59,307 nt of DNA. It comes from a virus. Lineage: Duplodnaviria > Caudoviricetes. Position numbers and translations under genes: made by a program. The DNA lies in the IMG/VR virus record IMGVR_UViG_3300017766_003746, positions 1 through 59,307 of that record. One strand, written 5' to 3'. Position 1 is the stretch's first letter; the number at the start of each line of letters is the position of its first letter. Positions 1-8,529 of this stretch are shown piece by piece. Under the pieces are notes generated by a model, which ran no database searches, had not been told where the DNA came from, and was given only the letters and a program-made list of their open reading frames with translations.

Positions 1-123
1 GGCGGGTGGTGACCGGCCCGCCGATTCTTCACCCGAGCGGCTGGGTTGAGCCAGGCAAGCGCACCGTGGTGATCGACGAACAAATGGACCTCCCGAGACT
101 TTCCCCATGAACACCGACCGACC
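1..123 (+). repeat. Terminal direct repeat, left copy (circular contig overlap)
   Basis: Bases 1-123 are identical to 59185-59307. Confidence 0.95.
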
Positions 124-565
124 AACCATCCCGTGCCGCTGCTGCAATGGCAGCGGGCGCGAAGCCCTTCCCCCCGAATACGCCGACACCATTGCCCTGA
201 TGCGAAAATTTTCGCATGGCGCGACCACGGCCGACCTGCTGGCCATGCCGATTCAGGCCATGGAGACGCGCACCGAACCCAACGCGCTGGCCATGCGCCT
301 GAACCGCATGGAGCGGTGGGGGCTGGTGATTCGCCACGGGAAGCGCGGCAAGCTGATTGTGTGGGGCCTTGGCGCGGCACTGATGCCCAAGGCCAAGCCG
401 TGCGCGTGCTGCGGCCACCGGCCCGAGTGGCGGCACAGCGGTGGCGGCGTGTGGCGGCTGGTGCACAGCAGCGACGCATGCCCCAACCGCGTGGTCGTGG
501 CCGACGTGACGCCCGCCAAGGTGGCACGCCAGTGGAACACCAACAGCTTCAGGCGCATCCCATGA
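107..565 (+). CDS. Hypothetical protein with Cys motifs and a possible winged-HTH
   Basis: CRCCNG and CACCG motifs; LAMRLNRMERWGLV..RGK resembles a wHTH; coupled to neighbours by ATGA overlaps. Confidence 0.6.
   Translation: MNTDRPTIPCRCCNGSGREALPPEYADTIALMRKFSHGATTADLLAMPIQAMETRTEPNALAMRLNRMERWGLVIRHGKRGKLIVWGLGAALMPKAKPCACCGHRPEWRHSGGGVWRLVHSSDACPNRVVVADVTPAKVARQWNTNSFRRIP
201..216. repeat. Palindrome A copy 1, TGCGAAAATTTTCGCA (inside CDS)
   Basis: Exact match read from sequence. Confidence 0.95.
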
Positions 566-1563
566 CCCAGCCGCTGACCATTCACCGCGGCGACTGCCGC
601 AAGGTGCTGCCGACGCTACCAACCGCCAGCGTCGATTGCGTGGTGACCTCGCCACCCTACTGGAACCTCCGCGACTACGGCACCGACGACCAGATCGGCC
701 GGGAGCCGACCGTCGGCGAATTCGTGGAAACCATGGTGGCGGTGTTCCGCGAAGTGCGCCGGGTGATGACGCCCACGGGCACCTTGTGGCTGAACCTCGG
801 CGACAGCTACGCCGCACAGGCCGGTGGCAGCCAAGGCAAGACCAGCCAGCGGGCAGGCCGACGCCACACCCAGCGCATGGAGACGAAAGGCGGGCTTCCC
901 CGCAAGAACATGGTGGGCGTGCCGTGGCGCGTGGCCTTCGCCCTTCAGGATGACGGGTGGATCCTGCGGCAAGACATCATTTGGAACAAACCCAACCCCA
1001 TGCCCGAGAGCGTGCGCGACCGTTGCACGAAGGCCCACGAATACATTTTCCTCCTGACCGCAAGCCCCCGCTACTACTTCGACGCGGCAGCCATCGAAGA
1101 GCAGGTGACCGGCAACGCGCACGCACGGGCACCGATGACCCATCAAGGCGACGCCCTTCCCTATCTGCTGGACGGCATCGAAGCCGCCGATGGCAAGGCC
1201 CGAGGCGTGAACCCCAAGGCGGAAATCGGCGGATTCAAGACGCGCCAGAATGCCAGCTTTTCGGCGGCCGTGGTCGACCTGGTGGAAAACCGAAACAAGC
1301 GGAGCGTGTGGACGGTGCCGACAACGCCGTTTCCCGGGGCCCACTTCGCGACTTTCCCGCCCGACCTGATCAGGCCATGCGTGCGGGCCGGATGCCCGGC
1401 CGGTGGCGTGGTGCTTGACCCCTTCGGCGGGAGCGGCACCACGGGCATGGTGGCCCTCGAGGAAGGCCGCAGGGCGGTGCTGATCGAGAGCAACCCCGAG
1501 TTTGCCGACATGGCGGCCGGCCGCGCCAACCCCGCAGCGATTCACCCCACCCTTGGCATCTGA
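562..1563 (+). CDS. DNA methyltransferase, N4-cytosine/N6-adenine, beta class
   Basis: VTSPPY catalytic motif, IIWNKPNPMPES, HFATFP and VLDPFGGSGTT SAM-binding motif; start moved to ATG 562. Confidence 0.93.
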   Translation: MTQPLTIHRGDCRKVLPTLPTASVDCVVTSPPYWNLRDYGTDDQIGREPTVGEFVETMVAVFREVRRVMTPTGTLWLNLGDSYAAQAGGSQGKTSQRAGRRHTQRMETKGGLPRKNMVGVPWRVAFALQDDGWILRQDIIWNKPNPMPESVRDRCTKAHEYIFLLTASPRYYFDAAAIEEQVTGNAHARAPMTHQGDALPYLLDGIEAADGKARGVNPKAEIGGFKTRQNASFSAAVVDLVENRNKRSVWTVPTTPFPGAHFATFPPDLIRPCVRAGCPAGGVVLDPFGGSGTTGMVALEEGRRAVLIESNPEFADMAAGRANPAAIHPTLGI

Positions 1564-2021
1564 TGTTTCACGAACGCTTCGCCATCACCACCGAACTGCG
1601 GGAGTGGACCGCCCGGCGACTGGCAGCCGCCAAGCGTGCCGTGCAACGCGAAGCCGACGCCATGGCGCTCTTCCCCGAGCTGCGGCGCTTCCACACTGAG
1701 GAAGAGCGGATGACCCAACAGGACGGCAACTACCTGCGACTCGCCGCGGCGCTTCGCAAGGGCAAGGCCAGGTGCTGGCGCGACTGCCGCCGGATCCTGC
1801 GGGAGCTGCCAGCCGACATCCGCGCCCGGGTGCTGGCCAAGTGGGAAACCCGCTACATGCCGGGAAGCCCCGAAAACCTGCATGCCACCATCCTGATGGA
1901 AGCTGGCGAGCCGCACACCAGCCGCCTGCGGGCCGAAGCCATCGCCAGGCTGATGGCCGAGCACCAGCCCGGCAACGGCCGCAGGAAGCGCCGGAAAAGG
2001 CGCGGCAAGGCGAGGAAATGA
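1563..2021 (+). CDS. Hypothetical protein
   Basis: Coupled to the MTase stop (TGATG); phage-like codon usage. Confidence 0.7.
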   Translation: MFHERFAITTELREWTARRLAAAKRAVQREADAMALFPELRRFHTEEERMTQQDGNYLRLAAALRKGKARCWRDCRRILRELPADIRARVLAKWETRYMPGSPENLHATILMEAGEPHTSRLRAEAIARLMAEHQPGNGRRKRRKRRGKARK

Positions 2022-2079
2022 GCCATCGCCCACCCGTTTGCGCTTGGCGAGGCCCACGGCGCTGGGTAAAGGGTTGGCC

Positions 2080-3438
2080 GTGCAACTCGAAATCCGAATG
2101 GTGCCGGTGGCGTGCCTGAACCCAGCCCCCTACAACCCCCGCAAAAAGCTGCGCCGCGGCGACCCCGAATACGAAGACATCGCCAACAGCATCCGCGAAT
2201 TCGGGCTGGTGCAAAACCTGGTGTGGAATGAGCGCACCGGCCACCTGGTCGGCGGCCACCAGCGGTTGACGGTGGCCCGCAACGAATTCAACGCCCACGA
2301 AATGCCGTGCGTGGTGGTGCAACTCGACGACGCGGCCGAAAAGCGCCTGAACATGATGCTGAACCGCATCGGGCAAGGCCTTTGGGACATGGGCAAGCTT
2401 TCCGAGCTGGTGCAAGGCCTGAACTCCGACGCCGTGGACGTCTACGGGCTGGGATTCACCGCCGCCGAAATTGAAGAGCTGCTGGGCACCAAGCCCAAGG
2501 CCACGAAGCGCGACCCCGACGACGAAGTGCTGCCCCCGAGCAAGCCGAAGACGCGCCCGGGCGACCTCTTCCAATTCGTGAGTGCCGACGGCCACCCCAC
2601 GCACTGGCTGCTTTGCGGCGACAGCACCGACCCGCACGACGTTGACCGGCTGATGAACGGCAACCGCGCACGCATCCTTTTCACCGACCCGCCCTACGGC
2701 GTGGACTACGACAACAGCCAGCGGGGCGACGGCCGCAAGGCCAAGGGCAAGATCGCCAACGACGCGCTGACCACCACCACGCTGGTGGACTTCCTGACCG
2801 CGTGTTTCCGCAACGCCCATGCCCACACCATGGGCGAGTGCGCCGCCTACGTGTTCCTCGCCAGCAAGTGCCACATCGAATTCGAAACGGCGCTGCGGGC
2901 GGCCGGGTGGGAAGTGCGGCAGCAACTGGTTTGGGCGAAGCACCTCGCGCTTTCGCGGGCGGATTACCACTGGGCGCATGAGCCCGCGCTCTATGCCGCC
3001 AAGGCGGGCAGCACCACGCCGTGGTTTGGCGACCGATGCCAGACAACGCTTTTTGCCGATGACCGGCCGCCCTTCGCCACGATGAAAAAAGACGAGCTGG
3101 TGGCGCTGCTGGAATCGATGACCAGCGCGGGCACCGTGTGGGATGAGAAGCGCGACCCCTCGAGCCAATACATTCACCCGACGCAAAAGCCGGTTTCGCT
3201 GGCCCGGCGGGCGATGCGAAACAGCACCCTGCCCCGTGACAACGTGCTGGACCTTTTCGGCGGCAGCGGCAGCACCCTGGTGGCGTGCGAAATCGACGGC
3301 CGCAACGCCTTCCTGATGGAGAAAGACCCCGGCTTTTGCGACGCCATCGTGCAACGCTACTTCGAAACCTTCGACGAAGTGCTGGTGATGAAGAACGGCG
3401 AGGAACTGAACCCCCTGACCTTTTGCCCGAATGAGTGA
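2080..3438 (+). CDS. ParB-like N-terminal domain fused to a DNA adenine methyltransferase
   Basis: LNPAPYNPRK..SIREFGLVQNLVWN..LVGGHQRL (ParB/Srx domain); FTDPPY, HPTQKPV, VLDLFGGSGST; start uncertain (GTG 2080 or ATG 2098). Confidence 0.9.
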   Translation: MQLEIRMVPVACLNPAPYNPRKKLRRGDPEYEDIANSIREFGLVQNLVWNERTGHLVGGHQRLTVARNEFNAHEMPCVVVQLDDAAEKRLNMMLNRIGQGLWDMGKLSELVQGLNSDAVDVYGLGFTAAEIEELLGTKPKATKRDPDDEVLPPSKPKTRPGDLFQFVSADGHPTHWLLCGDSTDPHDVDRLMNGNRARILFTDPPYGVDYDNSQRGDGRKAKGKIANDALTTTTLVDFLTACFRNAHAHTMGECAAYVFLASKCHIEFETALRAAGWEVRQQLVWAKHLALSRADYHWAHEPALYAAKAGSTTPWFGDRCQTTLFADDRPPFATMKKDELVALLESMTSAGTVWDEKRDPSSQYIHPTQKPVSLARRAMRNSTLPRDNVLDLFGGSGSTLVACEIDGRNAFLMEKDPGFCDAIVQRYFETFDEVLVMKNGEELNPLTFCPNE

Positions 3439-3712
3439 TCAAGACGACCTGGTGGAACGGCTGGCCGAAGCCGCCGCAGCACGGCTGGCCGAGCACTGCG
3501 ACAGCGTCGTGGTGATTGTGACCTACGCCCGCCCCGCCGAAGGCCCCGAGGGACCGCGCACGGGCATTTACAAGGCCGGGCGCGGCAACTTCTACGCCCA
3601 ACAGGGAAGCACTGCCGAGTGGCTGCGAAACAGCCGTGAGCAAACCGACTACCCGACGCCGGATCCCGGCGACGACGACGACGGCGAGCAGTGGAAGGGG
3701 GCCGAAGCATGA
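3431..3712 (+). CDS. Hypothetical protein
   Basis: Overlaps both neighbours within the operon. Confidence 0.65.
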   Translation: MSDQDDLVERLAEAAAARLAEHCDSVVVIVTYARPAEGPEGPRTGIYKAGRGNFYAQQGSTAEWLRNSREQTDYPTPDPGDDDDGEQWKGAEA

Positions 3713-4200
3713 GCAAGGGACGCGGCCGGCCGAGCAAGCTCACGCCCGAGATTCAGGACAAGATTTGCAACCTGATCCGGGCCGGGCACTACTTCAACAC
3801 CGCGGCAGCCGCTGCGGGGATCCACGAAGCGACCTTTCACGAATGGAAGGCCAAGGGCGAAACCGCGAAAAGCGGGCCATTCCGCGAATTCTGGATGGCC
3901 GTCAAGGAAGCCGAGAGCCAAAGCGAACTGCTGCTGGTCGACAAGATTCTGAAGGAAGGCGGGCCGAAGGGTGCGCTTGAAATCCTGAAGCGCCGTTTCC
4001 CCGAGCGATGGGGCGACAGGCACCGCCTCGAGCACAGCACCCCCAACGGCCCGATTGGCGTCCACGGCACGGGCACCGCCGCCGGTTCACCGGCCGTCAC
4101 GGTGGTGATCGGCGACAAGGCCGACGTGTGGCAAAGCAATGGCTACACCGAAGCCGAGACGCTGACCGAAGACGAGCTGGCCGCCATGAACCCCGACTGA
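3709..4200 (+). CDS. terS: Terminase small subunit (putative)
   Basis: GRPSKLTPE..HTH-like N-terminus; lies upstream of TerL. Confidence 0.7.
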   Translation: MSKGRGRPSKLTPEIQDKICNLIRAGHYFNTAAAAAGIHEATFHEWKAKGETAKSGPFREFWMAVKEAESQSELLLVDKILKEGGPKGALEILKRRFPERWGDRHRLEHSTPNGPIGVHGTGTAAGSPAVTVVIGDKADVWQSNGYTEAETLTEDELAAMNPD

Positions 4201-4454
4201 TGGCCAAGACCCGCAAGAAACTGGCAGCCCGACCGCCCGCACTGCCGAAGATGATCGGCAGCGAATGGGCAAACCGGAAAGCGTGCGAGCGCAAGCGCGG
4301 CTTCGACCTGAAGGTGAAGGCCGAAGTCGTGGCGCTGGCCATCATGAACCACAGGAACCGCAGGAAGCGCCCGGCATGGCCGCTGCGGGCCTACCACTGC
4401 CCCGTGTGCGGCAAGTGGCACCTGACCCACAAAGAGCAGATCCCAAGGGAATGA
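4200..4454 (+). CDS. Small Zn-finger protein
   Basis: RAYHCPVCGKWHLT motif, common in small phage proteins. Confidence 0.7.
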   Translation: MAKTRKKLAARPPALPKMIGSEWANRKACERKRGFDLKVKAEVVALAIMNHRNRRKRPAWPLRAYHCPVCGKWHLTHKEQIPRE

Positions 4455-5851
4455 GCGTGGCCCCGAGACATTCCGACCGCGTGGAATACCGCCTGCAGCC
4501 GCAGCAGGCGAAGGCCTTCACCGTGCCCGCCAACGAAATCCTTTACGGCGGGGCGGCCGGTGGCGGCAAAAGCCACTTGATGCGGATCGACGCCATTTAC
4601 TGGTGCCAGCAGGTGCCAGGGCTTCAGGCCTACATCTTCCGGCGCAACTACGGCGACTTGCGGCTGAACCACATGGAAGGCCCCACCAGCTTTCCCGAGC
4701 TGCTGGCCCCACTGATCAGGGCCGGGAAGTGCGAGATTGTGGCCGAGGAAATCCGCTTCGACAACGGCAGCAAGATCCACCTTTGCCACCTTCAATACAC
4801 GAAGAGCCTGCAAAAATACCAAGGGGCGGAAATCCACTGGCTGGGGATCGATGAGCTGACCCACTTCGAGGAAAAGCAATACCGCTACCTGCGGGGCCGG
4901 GTGCGCCTCGGCGGCCTGAAGGTGCCCGACGCCCTGAAGCACCGGCTGCCGCGCATCGTGTGCGGCACCAACCCCGGCGGGATCGGCCACAACTGGGTGA
5001 AACGCTGCTTCATCAAGCTGGGGCCCATGCGCGTGGTGCAAATGCCGAAAAAGGAAGGGAACATGCGCCGCGTGTTCATCCCCGCCAGGCTGGAAGACAA
5101 CCCGGCGCTGATGGCCAACGACCCGGACTACGAAAGCCGCCTCGAGGCCTTGGGCGACCCCCTGCTTGTGCGTGCCATGCGGGAAGGCGACTGGGACGTG
5201 GTGGCCGGGGCGATGTTCGGCGAGGCATGGCGCAAGAGCCGCCACGTGTGCAAGCCCTTCCCCATTCCGGTGGACTGGAAGGTCTGGCGCGGGGCCGACG
5301 ACGGCTACGCGGCACCGGCGGCCTGCTACTGGCTGGCAGAGAACCCGAACACCGGCACGATTTACGTGGTCGACGAACTCTACAAAACCGGGATGCTGCC
5401 CCACGACTACGCGCAACGGGTGCTGGAAAAGGACGGCAACCTCGAGCGCGAAGAAAACGGCGAAGCGGTGCTGAACACCGAACGGCTTGACGGCCTGATG
5501 GACGCCGCGGCATTCGCCAACACCGGGCAGAGCGACACCCCACGCGGGCCGCAGATCGTGAAGGCCGGGGCCAAGTTTCGGCCGGTCGAGAAATGGCCGG
5601 GATCCCGGGTGCACCGCGTGCAAGACTTCCACCGCCGACTTGGCACCAACGAACGCGACCCCGACAAGGGCCCCGGCATTGTGTTCTTCGACCGCTGCCG
5701 CAACGCCATCGAAACCATTCCCACGCTGCCACGCGACCCCAACAACATCGAAGACGTGGACACCGACGGCGACGACCACGCCTTCGACGGGGTTACGTAT
5801 GGGCTACAGTGGAAGTCACAAAAGGTGACAAGAAAGCGCGTGAATTCCTGA
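4451..5851 (+). CDS. terL: Terminase large subunit
   Basis: YGGAAGGGKS Walker A, GIDELTHF Walker B, GTNPGG coupling motif, C-terminal DDHAFDG nuclease motif. Confidence 0.95.
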   Translation: MSVAPRHSDRVEYRLQPQQAKAFTVPANEILYGGAAGGGKSHLMRIDAIYWCQQVPGLQAYIFRRNYGDLRLNHMEGPTSFPELLAPLIRAGKCEIVAEEIRFDNGSKIHLCHLQYTKSLQKYQGAEIHWLGIDELTHFEEKQYRYLRGRVRLGGLKVPDALKHRLPRIVCGTNPGGIGHNWVKRCFIKLGPMRVVQMPKKEGNMRRVFIPARLEDNPALMANDPDYESRLEALGDPLLVRAMREGDWDVVAGAMFGEAWRKSRHVCKPFPIPVDWKVWRGADDGYAAPAACYWLAENPNTGTIYVVDELYKTGMLPHDYAQRVLEKDGNLEREENGEAVLNTERLDGLMDAAAFANTGQSDTPRGPQIVKAGAKFRPVEKWPGSRVHRVQDFHRRLGTNERDPDKGPGIVFFDRCRNAIETIPTLPRDPNNIEDVDTDGDDHAFDGVTYGLQWKSQKVTRKRVNS

Positions 5852-5894
5852 AAACGCGCTCGCCTCGTTTGATGGATTGCGCTACGCTTGGCGG

Positions 5895-6395
5895 ATGCGA
5901 CCAACCATCATTTCAGACACGAAGCAGGTTTTCAACGGCATGGCCTACTACCTTTGCGGGCAATACTTCCAGCGCGATGGGGTGCGGCTTCACCGCGTGG
6001 TGTGGGAAGCGGCCAATGGCAGGCCGGTGCCAGACGGCTACCACGTGCACCACAGAGACGAAGACCGCTCCAACAACAACCCGGAAAACCTTCAACTGCT
6101 GGAAGGTGCCGAGCACGTAAGTGCGCACGGCAAGGCCAAGACCACGGATGCAGAGCGGGCGGCACGGTCGCGAAACGCCAGGCGGTTTGCCACACCCGCA
6201 AACCGCCTGATTCCAAGAGAGAAGCGCTCGGCAGCTTCGAAAGCCGGGTGGAACGGCCGCGAACCGATCAAGACCACGTGCCAAGAATGCGGCAGCCCAT
6301 TCGATTGCTATCGGCCGACGGTGGCCAAGTTTTGCAGCGCCGCATGCAGCCAGCGGGATCTTCGGAAACGCCGCAAAGCCGACCTGAAGAGCTGA
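5895..6395 (+). CDS. HNH endonuclease with C-terminal Zn finger
   Basis: LHRVVWE..HVHHRDEDRSNNNPENLQL; CQECG..FCSAAC. Confidence 0.9.
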   Translation: MRPTIISDTKQVFNGMAYYLCGQYFQRDGVRLHRVVWEAANGRPVPDGYHVHHRDEDRSNNNPENLQLLEGAEHVSAHGKAKTTDAERAARSRNARRFATPANRLIPREKRSAASKAGWNGREPIKTTCQECGSPFDCYRPTVAKFCSAACSQRDLRKRRKADLKS

Positions 6396-6411
6396 TGCGA
6401 AAATTTTCGCA
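6396..6411. repeat. Palindrome A copy 2 (abuts the HNH stop codon)
   Basis: TGCGAAAATTTTCGCA. Confidence 0.95.
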
Positions 6412-6476
6412 TGGCGTGGAAAAGCGCCGGAAAAGGCGCATTTCTCTTGACTCATTCGGCGCTTTGAGTCCAGAAA
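6396..6476 (+). promoter_or_regulatory. Composite promoter: palindrome A, 12 bp, motif B (6424-6439), then TTGACT (6447-6452)
   Basis: Near-identical to the module at 42872-42930; the -10 element is weak. Confidence 0.65.
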
Positions 6477-6482
6477 CACCGC

Positions 6483-6600
6483 GTGAACCGCCGGTGAACT
6501 TGTGGCAAAAGGCTTTCCCCGCTTCGCGGAGGGGTAAAAACCTTAGCCAATCGCCATTCCCGCGAGTTGGACCCCTGGTCTTCATGAGCGGTTCACACCA
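6483..6600 (+). ncRNA. Candidate structured ncRNA or 5' leader (four-way junction)
   Basis: GTGAACCGC (6483-6491) pairs with GCGGTTCAC (6588-6596); three internal hairpins; no credible ORF here. Confidence 0.5.
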
Positions 6601-6613
6601 ACCACCAAGACCG

Positions 6614-6775
6614 ATGACAACCATACGACGATTGATTGCCCGCTTTTTTCCGAAGAAAGCGCCAGCCCCCAAAGGCCCGCAGCCGCCAACGCATCCGAAT
6701 TGTCGGTGCACGGTGCTGCCCGATTACTTGCGCCGCCACATGGAAGCCCAAGACCGGGGGGACTTCCGGGCATGA
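6614..6775 (+). CDS. 53-aa protein carrying a MuF-type HPNCRC motif
   Basis: ATG after a C/A-rich leader; PPTHPNCRCTV; ATGA overlap with the ASCH gene. Confidence 0.55.
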   Translation: MTTIRRLIARFFPKKAPAPKGPQPPTHPNCRCTVLPDYLRRHMEAQDRGDFRA

Positions 6776-7269
6776 GCGATGCGAAAATTTTCGCATTCCG
6801 CGACCAGCAGCCCGAGGCCTGCGAACTGCGGGTGCTGACCGTGCGCGACCCGTGGGCGACCATGATCGCGGCCGGCCGCAAGCAGTGGGAAACCCGCACG
6901 CGGAAAACCCAGTTTCGCGGGTGGGTGGCCATTCACGCCGGTGTGGCCATGACCCGGCCGCAGATCGAGCTTGCCAAGCACTTGGGCTTGGATCCCCGCG
7001 ACCTCGCCACGGGGCGCGTGGTGGCCATTGCCGAGCTGGTGGCGACCATGCGCACGGTGGACATGGACGCCGCGAACTTTGGCAAGGGGATCAGCGACGA
7101 AGAGCGCCTGCTTGGCGACTACACGCCCGGCCGGTGGGCGTGGAACCTCCGCAGCGTGCAAGCCTTCCGTGGGCCGAAGCTGAAGGGCAAGCTTGGGCTC
7201 TGGAAGCCGACCGAAACCCAGCGTGCGCAAATTTTCGCATGCTACCGCCGCACCTTTTCCCAACACTGA
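6772..7269 (+). CDS. ASCH (PUA-like) domain protein
   Basis: LTVRDPWATMIAAGRKQWETR..RGWVAIHAG..KGKLGLW. Confidence 0.88.
   Translation: MSDAKIFAFRDQQPEACELRVLTVRDPWATMIAAGRKQWETRTRKTQFRGWVAIHAGVAMTRPQIELAKHLGLDPRDLATGRVVAIAELVATMRTVDMDAANFGKGISDEERLLGDYTPGRWAWNLRSVQAFRGPKLKGKLGLWKPTETQRAQIFACYRRTFSQH
6780..6795. repeat. Palindrome A copy 3 (ASCH N-terminal codons)
   Basis: TGCGAAAATTTTCGCA. Confidence 0.95.
7224..7239 (+). repeat. Palindrome A copy 4, C variant (ASCH C-terminal codons)
   Basis: TGCGCAAATTTTCGCA. Confidence 0.93.
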
Positions 7270-7270
7270 A

Positions 7271-7606
7271 ATGCCGACACCAACCGAAACCATCGAACAC
7301 GCCGCCAAGCGTGCCCGCGACGCCGCCGACGACTTCACGCTGCTGCATGGAGTAAAACCCAACGCCCTGATGGCCGGGCAACGCTACGTGGCCGCCATCG
7401 TGCAAGCCACCCAAACGCTGGGGATGCTTGGCCAGGCGAAGACCATCAACCAGTTGCTGCCCGAGTGCCCGAAGCTGAAGCAGCGCATGATTGGCGGCAT
7501 GCCCATCATCATTTCCAACCGCGACGACGACCACCTTGCCGCCGTGCTGGTGGGTGACCTCGCCATGCTGGAAGCCAGACCCCAACCCCAACCCGCAAAA
7601 CGATGA
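7271..7606 (+). CDS. Hypothetical protein
   Basis: ORF within operon, ATG 7271. Confidence 0.65.
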   Translation: MPTPTETIEHAAKRARDAADDFTLLHGVKPNALMAGQRYVAAIVQATQTLGMLGQAKTINQLLPECPKLKQRMIGGMPIIISNRDDDHLAAVLVGDLAMLEARPQPQPAKR

Positions 7607-8529
7607 TCCGACGACACAACACCATCAGCCTTGCCGCCATGCTGGCGGCCGTGGCCGCACCCGACTTTGCCGCAGAGCTGGAAGCCTCGAGCAAGGCCGT
7701 CAACCTTCACGTGGTGAAGATTCCGCAGGGCCTTGCCGTGGCCACCTACCACAACGCCAGCAGCCAAGAGACGGTGCGCATTTTCGTGCGCGACGCCGGG
7801 GTGATCGCCCGCGACCTGCCAGGCAAAGGCCCCACGAAATTCAGACTGACCCGCGTCGAGCCCGCCACGCCGGGCTTTCTGGAATGGTATGTTGACGGCC
7901 GGATCTGGCCCGACATCCGCCGCGAATACTACCGGCCCGAGCCGTGGGAAGTGCTGGCGTGGGGATGGAGCCCCGAGGCGGTCGAAAGCATTGCCGCCGG
8001 TGCGCTGGTGCTGCGGGAAATCGGCAAGGCGAGCTGCCGCGGCTGCGGCAAGCCCCACTGGCAGCACGAACGCGACGACGAACGCAAGGTTTGCGTCGAC
8101 TGCGACGGCAAGGAAGCGCCGAAGCTGCGGCCGAAGCAAGGCCGGTGGAATGGCGAGCCGTGCGAGGCCCTGCGGGGCACCGTGATCGTGGGCCACGTGG
8201 CAAGCCCGACCTGGTGGTGCGCCGGAATGGAAGGCCAGCGCCGCAAGTGCGTGCGAGTCGCGGCCGGCGGGGAAGTGTTCTTCCTCGATGACGAAGACGG
8301 GCGCGGCACCCTGAAGGTTTACGAACGCGGGGGCGGCCCCGACAGCTACCACGCGAGCATCCCCGTCGATGACCCGGGCACTTTCGAGCTGACCGACGAC
8401 GGGCCGCTTGAACCCGTGGAAACCGTGGCCGCCAAGGTGCTGCCGTTCATCGCCCCGCCGCGGACAGGCCGAAACGAGCTTTGCCCGTGCGGATCCGGCC
8501 AGAAATTCAAAAAGTGCTGCGGCCGATGA
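7603..8529 (+). CDS. Hypothetical protein with C-terminal SEC-C metal-binding motif
   Basis: GRNELCPCGSGQKFKKCCG; internal CxxC pairs. Confidence 0.85.
   Translation: MIRRHNTISLAAMLAAVAAPDFAAELEASSKAVNLHVVKIPQGLAVATYHNASSQETVRIFVRDAGVIARDLPGKGPTKFRLTRVEPATPGFLEWYVDGRIWPDIRREYYRPEPWEVLAWGWSPEAVESIAAGALVLREIGKASCRGCGKPHWQHERDDERKVCVDCDGKEAPKLRPKQGRWNGEPCEALRGTVIVGHVASPTWWCAGMEGQRRKCVRVAAGGEVFFLDDEDGRGTLKVYERGGGPDSYHASIPVDDPGTFELTDDGPLEPVETVAAKVLPFIAPPRTGRNELCPCGSGQKFKKCCGR

Noticed and set aside
1-123. Terminal repeat as a biological DTR
   Set aside because: It falls mid-gene and is more simply an assembly overlap of a circular or permuted genome; raw reads are needed to decide
133-561. Extended N-termini in the ORF track (for example 133, 4265, 36265, 41039 and 56785)
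   Set aside because: They overlap upstream genes in other frames; internal ATGs coupled to upstream stop codons are more plausible starts
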